A stretch of 64,000 bases of DNA. It comes from Zygnema circumcarinatum SAG 698-1b. Lineage: Eukaryota > Plantae > Zygnematophyceae. The position numbers were made by a program, and so were the translations under genes. Below are positions 12,423 through 24,911 of the stretch, piece by piece (the stretch's first letter is position 1; each line of letters starts with the position of its first letter). Under the pieces are notes generated by a model. It was not told the DNA's origin and did no database searches. It saw only the letters and a list, made by a program, of their open reading frames with translations. The stretch is taken from assembly GCA_037447605.1 (NCBI GenBank), contig CM074805.1, forward strand, positions 1-64,000, read 5' to 3'.

Positions 12423-13769
12423 CACCAGACGGTATAGTTCGCTCTGTAGCAGCTTTTGGATGAGTAGCACAGGCAGCTGCAGTGCAGTGCAGTGCAGTTG
12501 GGTCAGAGAAATGTTCAATCGGCAGTGGCAGAATCTGTACTTTGGTAGGACATGAGTGCACGGGGTTAGGCATCTCAGGGCGAGCCTGTTGTACCATCGT
12601 CAATCCGCAGTCCTGAATTCGCAATGTCAATAAGTGTGCCTTTTCCCGGCCAGCCATGATATGATGGTGGGCATTGTGCTATGTACATGTGGCCCATGAG
12701 GCGTTACTCCCAAATATGAAGTTAGAGGGAAAGCACAGAGCATCACTTTCAGCATCCCGTGCCACGTGTAAATGCGTTTGCCCTCCGGCGTGCGCTGGCT
12801 GGCGTCCTTTGAATCAGCCGCCACTACGCGAGTGAGGAAGGCGGGCTCAGCCCTTGGGTTGACTTTGCGAGGCTTGTGTGCCCTCTGGACTGCACTGCAC
12901 TGCACTGCACTGCACTGCACTGAACTGCGCTGTTTTCCAACCCAATTTGTTTATAAGTCGGCTGCAAAGCGGAGCGAATCCAGAAAGATTGCCTCAGTGT
13001 ACGTCACCGTCCACCTCCCCGAAACGAGCGGAATTTTGAGGGCTAGTCGTCTCAATTGAAAACTGTCAAAAGTGGGCCCTGAGTCCGCGGACTGCGGCAG
13101 ACCACACCACACCACAGAGCACGAGCTGCTTGCTTGCTTCCTTACAGAGGGCGGGGTCGCTTGTTGCGACCGCGTACTCTGTCTGCCCGCTCGTCTGTCT
13201 GTCTGCCTCTCTGTCGGCGCGGGAGCTGCCCTCCCCTCCAGCGTATCGGCCTCCGCTCCTGTTGTTGCTGTCACGCGCCGCGCACAACTATGCCGTACGG
13301 CCAAGCCCCGCATCGTACGGCACGTGTACGGATGGACGGAGGGAGGGAGGGAGGGAGCGGGGGACGCGGGATGCCGCCGATGCGGGGCGGGAGGGGGCCA
13401 CGTGGCGCCGCCCGCCGCCTGCCGCCTGCGCGGGCGGGGGGGGGGCCCTGGCCACTTCCCCGCCCTCGCCCTCGCGCTCGGCCGCCCGTCCGTCTAGCCG
13501 CGTGGCCCCCTCCCTCTCTCCCTCCGCCCTCTTCGCACCCTCCCTCCATTCTTCCCCCCTCGTCGCCCCTCCCTCCCTCCCTCCCTCCCTCCCTCCCTCC
13601 CTCCCTCCCTCCCTCCCGCGTGCCTGCCGGCCTGTGCCTGCGTACGGGTCCAGTCCCACGGCCGGCCGCTGAGCGCAGGCGCGCGCCACTGTCGCCGGCC
13701 GCCCGGCCCGGTCCGACCCGGCTCCCCAGCCGCGCCGTACGCAGCGCAGCGCCCCGACGCCGCTGGATC

Positions 13770-16700
13770 ATGGCCGCCGGAACTCTCCATTGCGCTGCTG
13801 TCGCCCCCCTCTCGCAATGCAACTCGCCTTTCCGCGCGGGGGACTGCGACCTCTGGACGCACGGTTCTGCGAAGCTGCACGCAGGAAAACGGGCTCGAAG
13901 CCATGCCGGACTTTCCGCAAAAGCTCGAGCCGGAGAGGTGAACTCCACTGCAGAGGAGGTCTCCAGGCGTTCCGTGATGGGAGCCGGGGTAGCTGCAGCG
14001 GCTGCTGTGCTTCTACAAGGGGAATCCGCCTTAGCTATTCAAACCAGTAGCGGGCTCGCAGGGCGGGTCCCCGGGTTGTCTGAGCCGGATGAGGACGGTG
14101 CGTAACCCATTTCTTTTTCGGTTTACATGAGATCGCTGCCCGCCCGAATGCTTATGTGGCAGAACTGCTGGTTAAGACCCGAAACTTCAGGTTCGATTTT
14201 TTCGACGTCAGGTTCGTAGTGTCGTAATGAAAAATGGCGGAAACATTTTAAAAGGCCACGCTCAAGCCGGCAGTTATTTTTTTTTATCACTTTTGGTTTC
14301 GGAACAGTGTTTGAAGGTTTTTGACAATCAACCCGCTTCACATTTTCAAAATATCTATTCTTCATGCGTTTGCACGTAGTAAAGTCAGTGGCAAAGCCAC
14401 AAACTTAAAAATTGCTCGAAACAGGTTGATCAGCGAACAGAACAAAGTTTCTGTTGATAAACAGAAGCGTCTTTGACTCATCTCGTGATCCTATGATGGG
14501 AGCAGGGCTCCGAACGTATAAGCGGCCTGAAGGGAAGTCAGGTGGTCATGGAGTTGGCTGGAGCGAGCTCATTCCCTACAGCTTCAAGGTGTCTGATGAC
14601 TGGGGAGAGGTAAGCCGGTAAATCTAAAAAACCCTAAAAACCCGTAGGTCAGCCTGCCGCTTCTTGTGGCGCAACACGCCTGACCAGAGTATAGTCGGTT
14701 TATCCGATTGTTAAGGGCAGCGCCTGAAAGTTTGTTGGACGAGGACGGGGCTTCGTTAGACTCGAATAAGCATTTTTGGGATCTGGCTTTTGATGTATCA
14801 GTACCTTTTCAATTCATTAGAATTTTCTGCCGTCTGCCGTCGCTTGATCAAGTTCTTGATGACGTTCTGTTGCAAGTGGCCATTGATTGTAAAGGATAGT
14901 AGAATTTTTGCACTTCGGGTGGAGGAGTTACTCATCTGCATGCTTGATAGCAGTATGCTAGAACAGCCTATGCACAGCCTGATGACAGCAATGTGGGCCG
15001 ACCTAGCGAAGTCAAGAACCAAAGGAACAGCACCACGCGATGACACCTTGACAATGCGCAGTGGCAAGCAAAGCTGTGAAATGAACCTGGTCTTACCGTG
15101 AACAGACTTGAACCATCAAAACTATTGAGGCCGATATCAATCTACTTGTCTTTTCATTCTCCACACACAATCACATACTGATGCACTGACATATGTCGTT
15201 AGTTTGACAGCAGGGAGTTTATCTCCGTGAGCATGTAAGTTGTCCGTGTAAGCTGTCGCATACAAATACCGAGTGGCACTTTTAGTAGACGATATCAAAT
15301 GGAAAAACATTTACCATGCTGCTTTACTTATCAAGGTTTACCCATTCACAGCAGTTTCATTAAGTCACCACAAGATAGGCGATTTCCATGTTTTGATGAC
15401 TAAACGTAAAAAACGATAATCAACCAATAAGTTTCAGGCATGGAAACTCCTTCCTTTCCAGCATATGAATGGTCTGAATTCGAACCAAGCTAAAGAAGCT
15501 GTTACAGAATAGTTTGCAAATATAGCTTATTGGCAGCAAAGTGGAGTTGTGGAATGCCAATGTGTGTTGGATATCAAACCAAACTTTTTTCTATGCTCGT
15601 TCCAGCTCGTCGTCCTGCATGTTCTGACTTGGGAGGAATGAAGGAGTTTCTGAATTCTCAAACATTCATGGCATAAGGATGGGCAAGCGTTTTCATGAGG
15701 AGAGCTCCCATTTATGCGTTCAAGGATAATCCCTTTAATTTTGTTTTAAATTCCCGTTATGCGTTGTTGCGTTTCCGTTATGGGATGAGGTTCCTGACAC
15801 TAGTAGCAGCCCCTTCAGTGTCAAACTATGGTTTTGCTCTCATAGGTTGGAAGCAGGAAGTCTCTAATGAAGCATTTGTCCTCGGCTGTTTGCTGCAGGT
15901 GCCGGTGTCCATTGCTGACCTCGGCGGTACGGAGATTGATTTACGGTTTTCGAGCCCAAAGGAGGGCAACATCAGTGTAGTGGTGGCACCTGTACTGAGA
16001 TTTTCTGACAGTGAGGCTCGCCCTTTTTGCATACATTTATATGATCACCGGCAGCTGGCTTATGCAGGATCGTGGGCTTGAATTGTCGCCTTGATGTGTC
16101 CGGGGGGGTCTGGAGTGGCTTGCACCGGATGGAGTGTGTTGACTTCGATAGTAAATGGCGGTAGTTGCCATATGACGGCTATGTGCAAACATTATAGGTC
16201 TTGAAGACCACCATGGCTTGAGTTTGCATGCACAACCCTTGGACGCGTGTGTTTGACAAGCAGGAACTGGCGGGTTTGCTGCAGCTCTCGGGGACAATGC
16301 CAGAATTGAAGATATTGGAGACCCCGAGAAGGTGATCTATGCTTTCGGGCCGGAGCTGACGGGCAACACCGTGGAGGGGCGAGTGAGGGAGATGGAGGTA
16401 AAGGCCGTGGGCGGGCGCACCTACTACCAGTACGAGCTCGACCCGCACATCCTCGTCTCCGCCACGGCCGCCGGCAACCGCCTCTACATCATCACGGTCT
16501 CCGCGTCAGGTCGCCCCGCCCGCCCGCCCGCCCGCCCGCCCGCCCGCCCGTCATTGAAAGGAGGGAGGGAGGGAGAGAGGGAGGGTGCAGGCAGGCAGGC
16601 AGGCACTTGGAGGGAGGGGTCGCAGAGGACTTACTTTTGTAATTTGCAGAGGGAGCCAGGCCTGAAGCAATGTTGGAATCTATTGGCTCTGTGAGGGACA

Positions 16701-16828
16701 GAGCCGCAGAGCAGAGCCAGGGTTGCAGGCAGGCTTGCTGACGTGGCCCTTGCTGGCTTGCAGGACGCCAATGGAAGAAGTACGGTTCCAGTTTGCGGGA
16801 GATTGCCAAATCTTTCCGCGTCGGATGA
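13770..16828 (+). CDS. PPD4: PsbP domain-containing thylakoid lumen protein 4-like, 5 exons
   Basis: Exons 13770-14097, 14506-14609, 15899-16010, 16285-16509 and 16764-16828. Bipartite transit peptide with twin-Arg (SRRSVMG...ALA), then GRVPGLSEPDEDG, KSGGHGVGWS, VPVSIADLGGTEIDLRFSSPKEG, SATAAGNRLY and GRQWKKYGSSLREIAKSFRVG*. Confidence 0.92.
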
Positions 16829-16951
16829 CCGCAGCGCGGCCTGTTGTCGGCGCGACTCGGGGCCAAATCCGCCGCGCGAAGAATGCGGCTTTTGTACAGT
16901 CTCATCGGACCGCGGGTCTGTCTGTCGGGGGGGGGGGGGGGNNNNNNNNNN

Positions 16952-18324
16952 GGATATCAAACCAAACTTTTTTCTATGCTCGTTCCAGCTCGTCGTCCTG
17001 CATGTTCTGACTTGGGAGGAATGAAGGAGTTTCTGAATTCTCAAACATTCATGGCATAAGGATGGGCAAGCGTTTTCATGAGGAGAGCTCCCATTTATGC
17101 GTTCAAGGATAATCCCTTTAATTTTGTTTTAAATTCCCGTTATGCGTTGTTGCGTTTCCGTTATGGGATGAGGTTCCTGACACTAGTAGCAGCCCCTTCA
17201 GTGTCAAACTATGGTTTTGCTCTCATAGGTTGGAAGCAGGAAGTCTCTAATGAAGCATTTGTCCTCGGCTGTTTGCTGCAGGTGCCGGTGTCCATTGCTG
17301 ACCTCGGCGGTACGGAGATTGATTTACGGTTTTCGAGCCCAAAGGAGGGCAACATCAGTGTAGTGGTGGCACCTGTACTGAGATTTTCTGACAGTGAGGC
17401 TCGCCCTTTTTGCATACATTTATATGATCACCGGCAGCTGGCTTATGCAGGATCGTGGGCTTGAATTGTCGCCTTGATGTGTCCGGGGGGGTCTGGAGTG
17501 GCTTGCACCGGATGGAGTGTGTTGACTTCGATAGTAAATGGCGGTAGTTGCCATATGACGGCTATGTGCAAACATTATAGGTCTTGAAGACCACCATGGC
17601 TTGAGTTTGCATGCACAACCCTTGGACGCGTGTGTTTGACAAGCAGGAACTGGCGGGTTTGCTGCAGCTCTCGGGGACAATGCCAGAATTGAAGATATTG
17701 GAGACCCCGAGAAGGTGATCTATGCTTTCGGGCCGGAGCTGACGGGCAACACCGTGGAGGGGCGAGTGAGGGAGATGGAGGTAAAGGCCGTGGGCGGGCG
17801 CACCTACTACCAGTACGAGCTCGACCCGCACATCCTCGTCTCCGCCACGGCCGCCGGCAACCGCCTCTACATCATCACGGTCTCCGCGTCAGGTCGCCCC
17901 GCCCGCCCGCCCGCCCGCCCGCCCGCCCGCCCGTCATTGAAAGGAGGGAGGGAGGGAGAGAGGGAGGGTGCAGGCAGGCAGGCAGGCACTTGGAGGGAGG
18001 GGTCGCAGAGGACTTACTTTTGTAATTTGCAGAGGGAGCCAGGCCTGAAGCAATGTTGGAATCTATTGGCTCTGTGAGGGACAGAGCCGCAGAGCAGAGC
18101 CAGGGTTGCAGGCAGGCTTGCTGACGTGGCCCTTGCTGGCTTGCAGGACGCCAATGGAAGAAGTACGGTTCCAGTTTGCGGGAGATTGCCAAATCTTTCC
18201 GCGTCGGATGACCGCAGCGCGGCCTGTTGTCGGCGCGACTCGGGGCCAAATCCGCCGCGCGAAGAATGCGGCTTTTGTACAGTCTCATCGGACCGCGGGT
18301 CTGTCTGTCGGGGGGGGGGGGGGG
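16952..18324 (+). other. Exact tandem copy of 15569-16941 (PPD4 exons 3-5), probable assembly artefact
   Basis: The sequence restarts right after a 10-N gap at a poly-G run and repeats at a constant offset of 1383 bp with identical ORFs. It ends at the same poly-G plus another gap (18325-18334). Confidence 0.85.
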
Positions 18325-18876
18325 NNNNNNNNNNGGGGGGGGGGGGGGGCGCGTGTGGCCGTGGCGTCTGCCCGTGCAGGCTTCACGTTTCAAGTGTGTT
18401 ACTGGGGGGGATTACAAGCATGTTACTTTAGAATTGTATTACCTTGGTCTCTTACGCAGCATACCGTTCACGAAAAGGAACTACTGATTGTACTCCATTT
18501 TTTCTTTCTTATAAAGTTTTGCATTTCTCCTGTCCATGACTGGCTTAGGGCCTCCTCTGATCTTCACCATGAGAGCCATCCTCCTCCTCCTGCTGTGCCG
18601 CTCCCTTTTTCTTGCTCCCCTCTAGCGATGGCGGCCTGAGAGGGAGGCTTGGGAGGACCGCCACTTGGCCGGCTTGGCGCGCCAACGCCAGGCCGCGCCG
18701 CCTTCCTTCCTTCCTCCTGCCTGCAGCGGTGCAGCCTCAACCTCAACCGGGCGGGCCCGTTGGCTCTCCTTCAAAAGTTTTTCAGTCTCCTCCTCCAGCG
18801 GAGATGGCCGATGAGTGATCGTCCGGACAATCGCCCAACCAGAGGCCGCCTCGAACGCAGGAACAGGGAAGCCTTA

Positions 18877-19178
18877 CACAGCTCGGACCATTGGATCGGC
18901 AACCATTGGATTAGCAACCATTGGATCGGCAACCATTGGATCGGCAACCATTGGACGGGCAACCATTGGACCGGCAACCATTGGATCGGCAACCATTGGA
19001 CCGGCTACCATTGGACAACCATTGGACAACCATTGGACAACCATTGGACAACCATTGGACAACCATTGGACAACCATTGGCAACCATTGGACAACCATTG
19101 GCAACCATTGGACAACCATTGGACAACCATTGGATACCCATTGGATGGCATTGGTTGGCAACCATTCGAATGGTTGCC
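18877..19178. mobile_element. MITE-like element copy A (left terminus only; expanded AACCATTGG units)
   Basis: Begins CACAGCTCGGACCATTGG like copies B and C. Tandem 15-bp AACCATTGGATCGGC and shorter AACCATTGG(A/C) units follow, ending in the 22-bp perfect palindrome GGCAACCATTCGAATGGTTGCC. Confidence 0.65.
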
Positions 19179-20231
19179 GGGTCATGCTTCCCCCGGCCCC
19201 CCCCCTGCCGTACGGTCCGCCACCGCCCGCGCCGACTTCGTCCGTACATATCCGCCGTCCGTACCGCGAGGTGCCACGGCGGCAGCGGCCCTTTTTGGAG
19301 GTCGCCAGGCGAGCGCCACGAGGGCGCCGCGCCACGTGGCAGCATCGGAAGGCGGCCCCGCGCAGCGGGGCGCATCGGACGGCGGCGGGAGGGAGGGAGG
19401 GGATGGGCGCGCGGGGGCCCACCGCACGTGCGGCGTGACGCGGCAGGCAGGCCGCCCAAGGGGCGGGCGGGCGCGCGGGCACTTATCGGGCGACCGACCG
19501 ACCGACCGACCGACCGAACAGGCTTTTGAGAAAGCGAGGAACGAGTTTGCTTGATTTCACAATTGACAATGTTATTATTGAATAACAGGGTCGGACTTTG
19601 AACACGCGAGGCCGAAAGGTTTTCGATTGAAGAAAGCGAAAAGTTTAAAAAGTTCAAAGACTCAACATGTTCGGTCGCACGTGTGGATTCCAGTTCTTGC
19701 CACGTTGGTTCAGTGCGACTTGAGGGATCCGGTGAACCCCAACGCGATTTTTTTCGTACGACTCTCCCGCGAGCCGATCAACAATTTCTGTACGAACCTC
19801 CGGGTCTACGCGCTTTAGCGATCCGCTAAAATCTCATTGTTGATCGGTGGACCCAAGGAAAATTCAAAGTGGACACGAACGACAATTAATTATCAATGTT
19901 CAATTGGTCCTCCATAAAAGTTTAGGAATTCATTTCTCATTTCTCAAAATGAATCGTGTTCACAGATATAACGTTTTTTTTGAGAAACGGATTTGAAAGG
20001 ATTTTTTGAGAAGCCAAAATCTTGAATTTCTTTTTTTCTCAAGCTGTTCGGTTTCACGGTATCCGCCTACCGAGCGCATAGCAGCAGTAGCTATATAGCC
20101 CGCCCGCCTGCCCGCGCCTTCGCCCTCTCTCCCTCGCCCTCCCTCCCTCCCTCCGACCGCCTGTCTCCTCCCCGTCTCCCCGCCTCCCACCTTCCGCCTT
20201 TCGCCGCCACCCGCTGTTCGCAACAGCGACC

Positions 20232-23200
20232 ATGGAAGCCGTGCGACGTCGAAGCGCGGTGCTGCAGGGTCACTTGCAGCCACTTCGCGCTCCGCAGGCC
20301 TCCAACATCCTGGTGTGCATACGCACTTGTTTTGACAAAGGTTCTGCCATTTCCAACTTTTAAATTTTTTGTGCATTCGATTTGCTTTAACTCTGATTCC
20401 TTTATTCCTTGCAGGCATCTCCATGTGCAGCGGGAGATTCTGCGGCATACGAACGTCGGCCTGACCTCAGTGATGATGTTGTCATTGTTAGGTTCGTTTT
20501 CCTTGCATATCTGAATATTTTGCAGCCACATCCTTTCGACTGGCAGGACGCTTGTATGTGACCTTACTGCGGCCTTCTGTCATGCTGTGGAATACAGTGC
20601 ACTTCGAACACCAATCTGCAAGGCAAAGAGAGGTGGTTTTAAGGACACCTTTCCGGACGATCTTCTCGCACCGGTCCTGAAGGTGTGCTGCCTACCTTCT
20701 GCCAATTGGCTGAAGTTGTCGTCCTTTGCCGCACAAGTACGACTTCTTGTTGGCAAACACCTAACCTGCGGCGGTCGTACACTCCCATTCAGGCCGTTGT
20801 GGAGTCCGTCGGCTTGAGGCCGGAGGAGGTTGGCGACATCGTGGTGGGCAGCGTGCTGGCTCCGGGTGCACAGCGGGCGAACGAGTGCCGAATGGCTGCT
20901 TTCTTTGCAGGATTTCCGGGTACGTTTACCATTGCCAGACCATGTCTTTTCTATTAGCTCAGGTTGATCTTTTTAATGGAGGTAGTATCTACAGAGAATA
21001 GATAATACGAAGGCGTTTCGAGATCAACATCAGGCTCTGGAGTTTTTCTAAAGCAGAACCAGTTTCTGGGCAGTTTTTCGTTATTTCAGTTTGGGGCAGA
21101 CTACCGGGAAATCTGGCGCATCCCTCGTCAGAATTAGAATTTCAGTTTATGCCGTCTGAGTACGGCACCGCCATTTCCATAGCGCTGATTTGCAGAACCG
21201 TCAAAGTAGGGCGTGCCAATCATTGACATTTCGCTTCTAGATTTTTTAAAAACAATACTTTCGGATTTCGCTCTTATTTCTTATTTCGCTGGAAAGCGTG
21301 TATTAGTTTCGAGCTCTTTTTTCTTGGGAAATGAAAGATTGACACGCCTTAATAATTGATGTGCGTTCCTTGGGAATAGGAACGTTGGTTTAATGTTGTG
21401 TGCCATTTGACACTGTTGAACTGCAGCATGACAAATGTAGTTTATGATCATCACTGTGGTTGTGACGATTAACAAAAACGTACACTCAATTTGACTAAAT
21501 AGTCAATGAGACGTCATAACAAACCGCTTACACTATCGTTGTGGTGCACAACAAGCTATAAAGGAGGCGAACGTTCTTCCCTGAGAGTACAGTTTGACTT
21601 TGGGTAGTTTATCCAGATTGTTTTTACTTTCATGATAGTTACCATGTTAGAATTATCGGTGCCGGCTTGGCGACTGACCTTGTTCAGAAATCTTTGTTTG
21701 GTGTAAACGGTACAGAAACCGTTCCTGTGAGGACAGTGAACAGGCAGTGCTCCTCGGGCTTGCAAGCTGTGGCCGACGTGGTGGCTTCAATCAAAGCTGG
21801 GTTTTATGACATAGGTGAGCTTGCCAGATTGTACCTTACGAAGAGTTTGCATGTCCGCGTTGTTATTGGCCGTTTCTGCAGGTTAATTGTATGCTGCATT
21901 TGGTCAGGACCGTATCCCACTTTATTTTGGTTGAATATTTTGCCAGGTATCGGAGCTGGTTTGGAGTCCATGACTGCAAATCCAATGGCTTGGGAAGGCA
22001 GCGTTAATCCAAAGGTAAGGCGTATTATCGAGTGTGGCATTTGAAATTCGTTTGGCAATCCCAACTGAAAGTTTCGTCTTGATTGCAGCTTGTATCTGTG
22101 CTCTGTTCAGCATCTTATTATGGTGTGCATGGCTCATGTTCATTCACAGGTTGAGGGCAACAGGCGCGCTCAGGACTGCTTGCTGCCAATGGGGATTACA
22201 TCTGAAAATGTTGCTGCACGATATGGAGTCACCCGGCAAGATCAGGATGAGACTGCTGTAAGTGTTTCTTACGAGTTGTGATGTTCAATACACTTTTTAT
22301 TTTTATGTTTGACATTTTTACTCAATCTCATCAGTGGTGCTGCATTATTAGTGCTTCGCTTCGTCTAGTTGAACTCTGGATCTCCTTTTGAAACCCTAAG
22401 TGAGCTAATTATATGACTCTGCTTCATACAGGTGAAGTCTCATAAAAAGGCAGCGGCGGCAACTGCAGCAGGAAAATTCAAGGATGAGATTGTTCCAGTA
22501 CACACTAAGGTCCGTTATTTCGAACAGCAACCTTTCATGTTGAATATTTATCTCCGTTGTTGTGTGCCAGCGGTGCAGCCAATTTGAGTTGCAAATGCGC
22601 ATGGTGAGACGTTTTCGAGTTCAACATGTTAGCATCTTTTTTCAAGCAAGAATCTGGCTGGCCAAGATTTTGAAGTCAGAGCTTTATGGTGCCTCCTGTA
22701 TGTTCTGGAACAGATAGTAGATCCCAAGACTGGAGACGAAAAGCCAGTGACTATTTCTCAAGATGATGGCTTTCGCCCAAGCGCCTCCCTTGCGGATCTT
22801 GGCCGTCTGAAGCCCGTGTTCAAGAAGGACGGATCGACGACGGCGGGCAATTCCAGCCAAGTCAGCGACGGCGCAGCCGCAGTGTTGCTCATGAAGCGTG
22901 CTGAGGCTGCTCGAAGGAACCTTCCTATTCTCGGGGTTTTCAGGTTGGTTTTCTGATGGGCATTTCTGTGGCGTGTTTGGTCACTGGATTTAAAAAAGGA
23001 GTCGAACTTTTACTTTATGACTTTATGATTTATGATGCTTCCTTTACTGAGATGAATATTGAACTCACTGTTTGGTTATTTTTTGCCACATGGAATTGTT
23101 TTTCGTCTGCAGGCAGCGTACTTTACGACAGGTTAATGCTGGTTTGAAGATTGTTATGAGGTTCTGTTCTTGCAGGTCACGTTGAGTCGTTAAATTAACA

Positions 23201-24911
23201 CTCGTTCACATGGGAAGTCAGAAACTAGTCTCCATATACTTGAGCCTCTTCGATTGTACACTGTGCTACAAAGCTTTCTGTCACATTGACTGTGGCGTTT
23301 GTGTTCCGATGACAGGAGTTTCGCTGCGGTTGGAGTTGACCCAGCGGTCATGGGAATTGGCCCGGCTGTTGCAATTCCCGCTGCTGTAAAGGCAGCAAAC
23401 TTGGAGATCAATGACATTGACCTCTTCGAGATCAATGAGGTAACTGCGCATGCCATTCAGATTCCTCGGAGTTTTTTTTATTAAAAATCTTGAATGTGCA
23501 AAGCCTTCCTTTGGTTTGTTAAGATATAGCTGCAAAAGAAGGTCTCTTGTGAGCAGCAGATTGGTAAAGTTTGAGTTTTTATCCACCTTTTGTAAGTGAA
23601 GTCCGCTTCTGAGGTCACAGACTTGGAAGACATTGTATTCTCAGGGTCTGCTGATATATGCAAACCGGTCGTTTCAGACATCCATGCATGAGTATTTGAT
23701 CGACTGAAGTGATACTCAAATGGCTCGGGCGGGAGTGGAGGATTGATCGGTTACTTTGTAATTGTAGTAGAGAGGTGCCAGTAGTGGTGTCAGCTTGGGG
23801 GGATTGTCCCCCCAAACTGATCCCCTGGATCGTTATCGTCAACACAGACGCGTAGTTATACAGGGTGAGAGGACAGCTAGTGTACGGCAAGCTAGATGCT
23901 GGGGCCCTAGCAGCAAGAACAGGCCTCAAGTTCTAGCAGCCCTGTGCTACATTCTGGCGGTTTTGGGAAAGCTCATGTGGGAGACGTTCCGTTGGACTGT
24001 GCAGGCGTTTGCATCCCAGTTCAACTACTGTGCGAGAAAGTTGGAACTGGACGAGGAAAAAGTGAATGTGAATGGAGGGGCCCTTGCTCTTGGGCATCCT
24101 CTAGGAGCAACAGGTTAGCAATCGATGCCAGTTCTGCAATGAATTCTTTGTGTGGACAACCCTGTAGAATTGAGAAGGATGACACTGGAGCCTTCAGCGT
24201 GTTGTTGCTGTTCATGTCCTTTCAAGCAAAACTGTTCCGGAAAGGAATAAAAACGATTGCGATTCAACTTACATGGAGCTGCATGGAGTTGTAGTCCACT
24301 TCCGTACACTCAATCTTATTCAGGCGCGGATGAAATATTGATTGAGCCAGCGGTTTTGTGGGAGGGGTGAGGGTTCAGGAGCTCGTTGTGTGGCGACCTT
24401 GCTGCATGAGATGAAGCGTCGGGGGAAAGATTGCCGTTTTGGCATTGTTTCAATGTGCATAGGTGAGTCTGGTCAATGGTGGAAATTGTTCACTTTGTTT
24501 AAGGCTTTTAGAAGGTAGTCCTTGAAGGCGTTTACTTGTTTTCTGTCAGTTCCTTTTCCAGTTTTGAGCAATGTGAGAATTATTTTTTTAACCGAGCACT
24601 TCATTGATGCATTCGTTCTCTTAGGAGTTGTCAATACCTTGTCTGCAGCCTGCGACCGCTGTTCGTCAAAGCAGGAAGGTTGTCCTGGTGAACATGTTTG
24701 CTTGATTCAATTTGTAAGGGAATTTTCAGGTATGGAAAGCATAGCATTCAGTTAAGCATCTTTCGGATTGTTAATACCTGGCGTGGGCATTCTACTTGCA
24801 GGGTCAGGAATGGGGGCCGCGGCGGTCTTTGAAAGTGGAGACGCTGTGGACCCTCCCACAAACGTGAGAGCCGTGCGGGGCCATAACCTGCTCTCCCGCG
24901 ATGCAAAGTGA
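20232..24911 (+). CDS. KAT2: Peroxisomal 3-ketoacyl-CoA thiolase (KAT2/PED1-like), multi-exon
   Basis: [15 protein letters not shown] (PTS2-like), [34 protein letters not shown], catalytic [49 protein letters not shown] and C-terminal LLSRDAK*. Confidence 0.95.

Noticed and set aside
13134-14105. Many 150-320 aa Pro/Arg/Gly-rich ORFs over GC-rich promoters (also 6579-7292, 46671-47573, 54666-55583)
   Set aside because: Very high GC content suppresses stop codons in all frames. Only the frame segments that splice into recognised proteins are supported.
14157-14200. tRNA/SINE-like A-box and GGTTCGA motif in PPD4 intron 1
   Set aside because: The B-box is incomplete (GGTTCGATTTT), and no cloverleaf, tail or TSD is visible.
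14708-15101. Overlapping ORFs in PPD4 intron 2, considered as a decayed transposase
   Set aside because: No catalytic motif or terminal repeats were recognised.
18649-19657. 200-300 aa ORFs with WIGNH / TIGQPLDNH repeats (also 59856-60490 and 35302-35684)
   Set aside because: They derive from the AACCATTGG units of the MITE-like element and occur in several frames on both strands.
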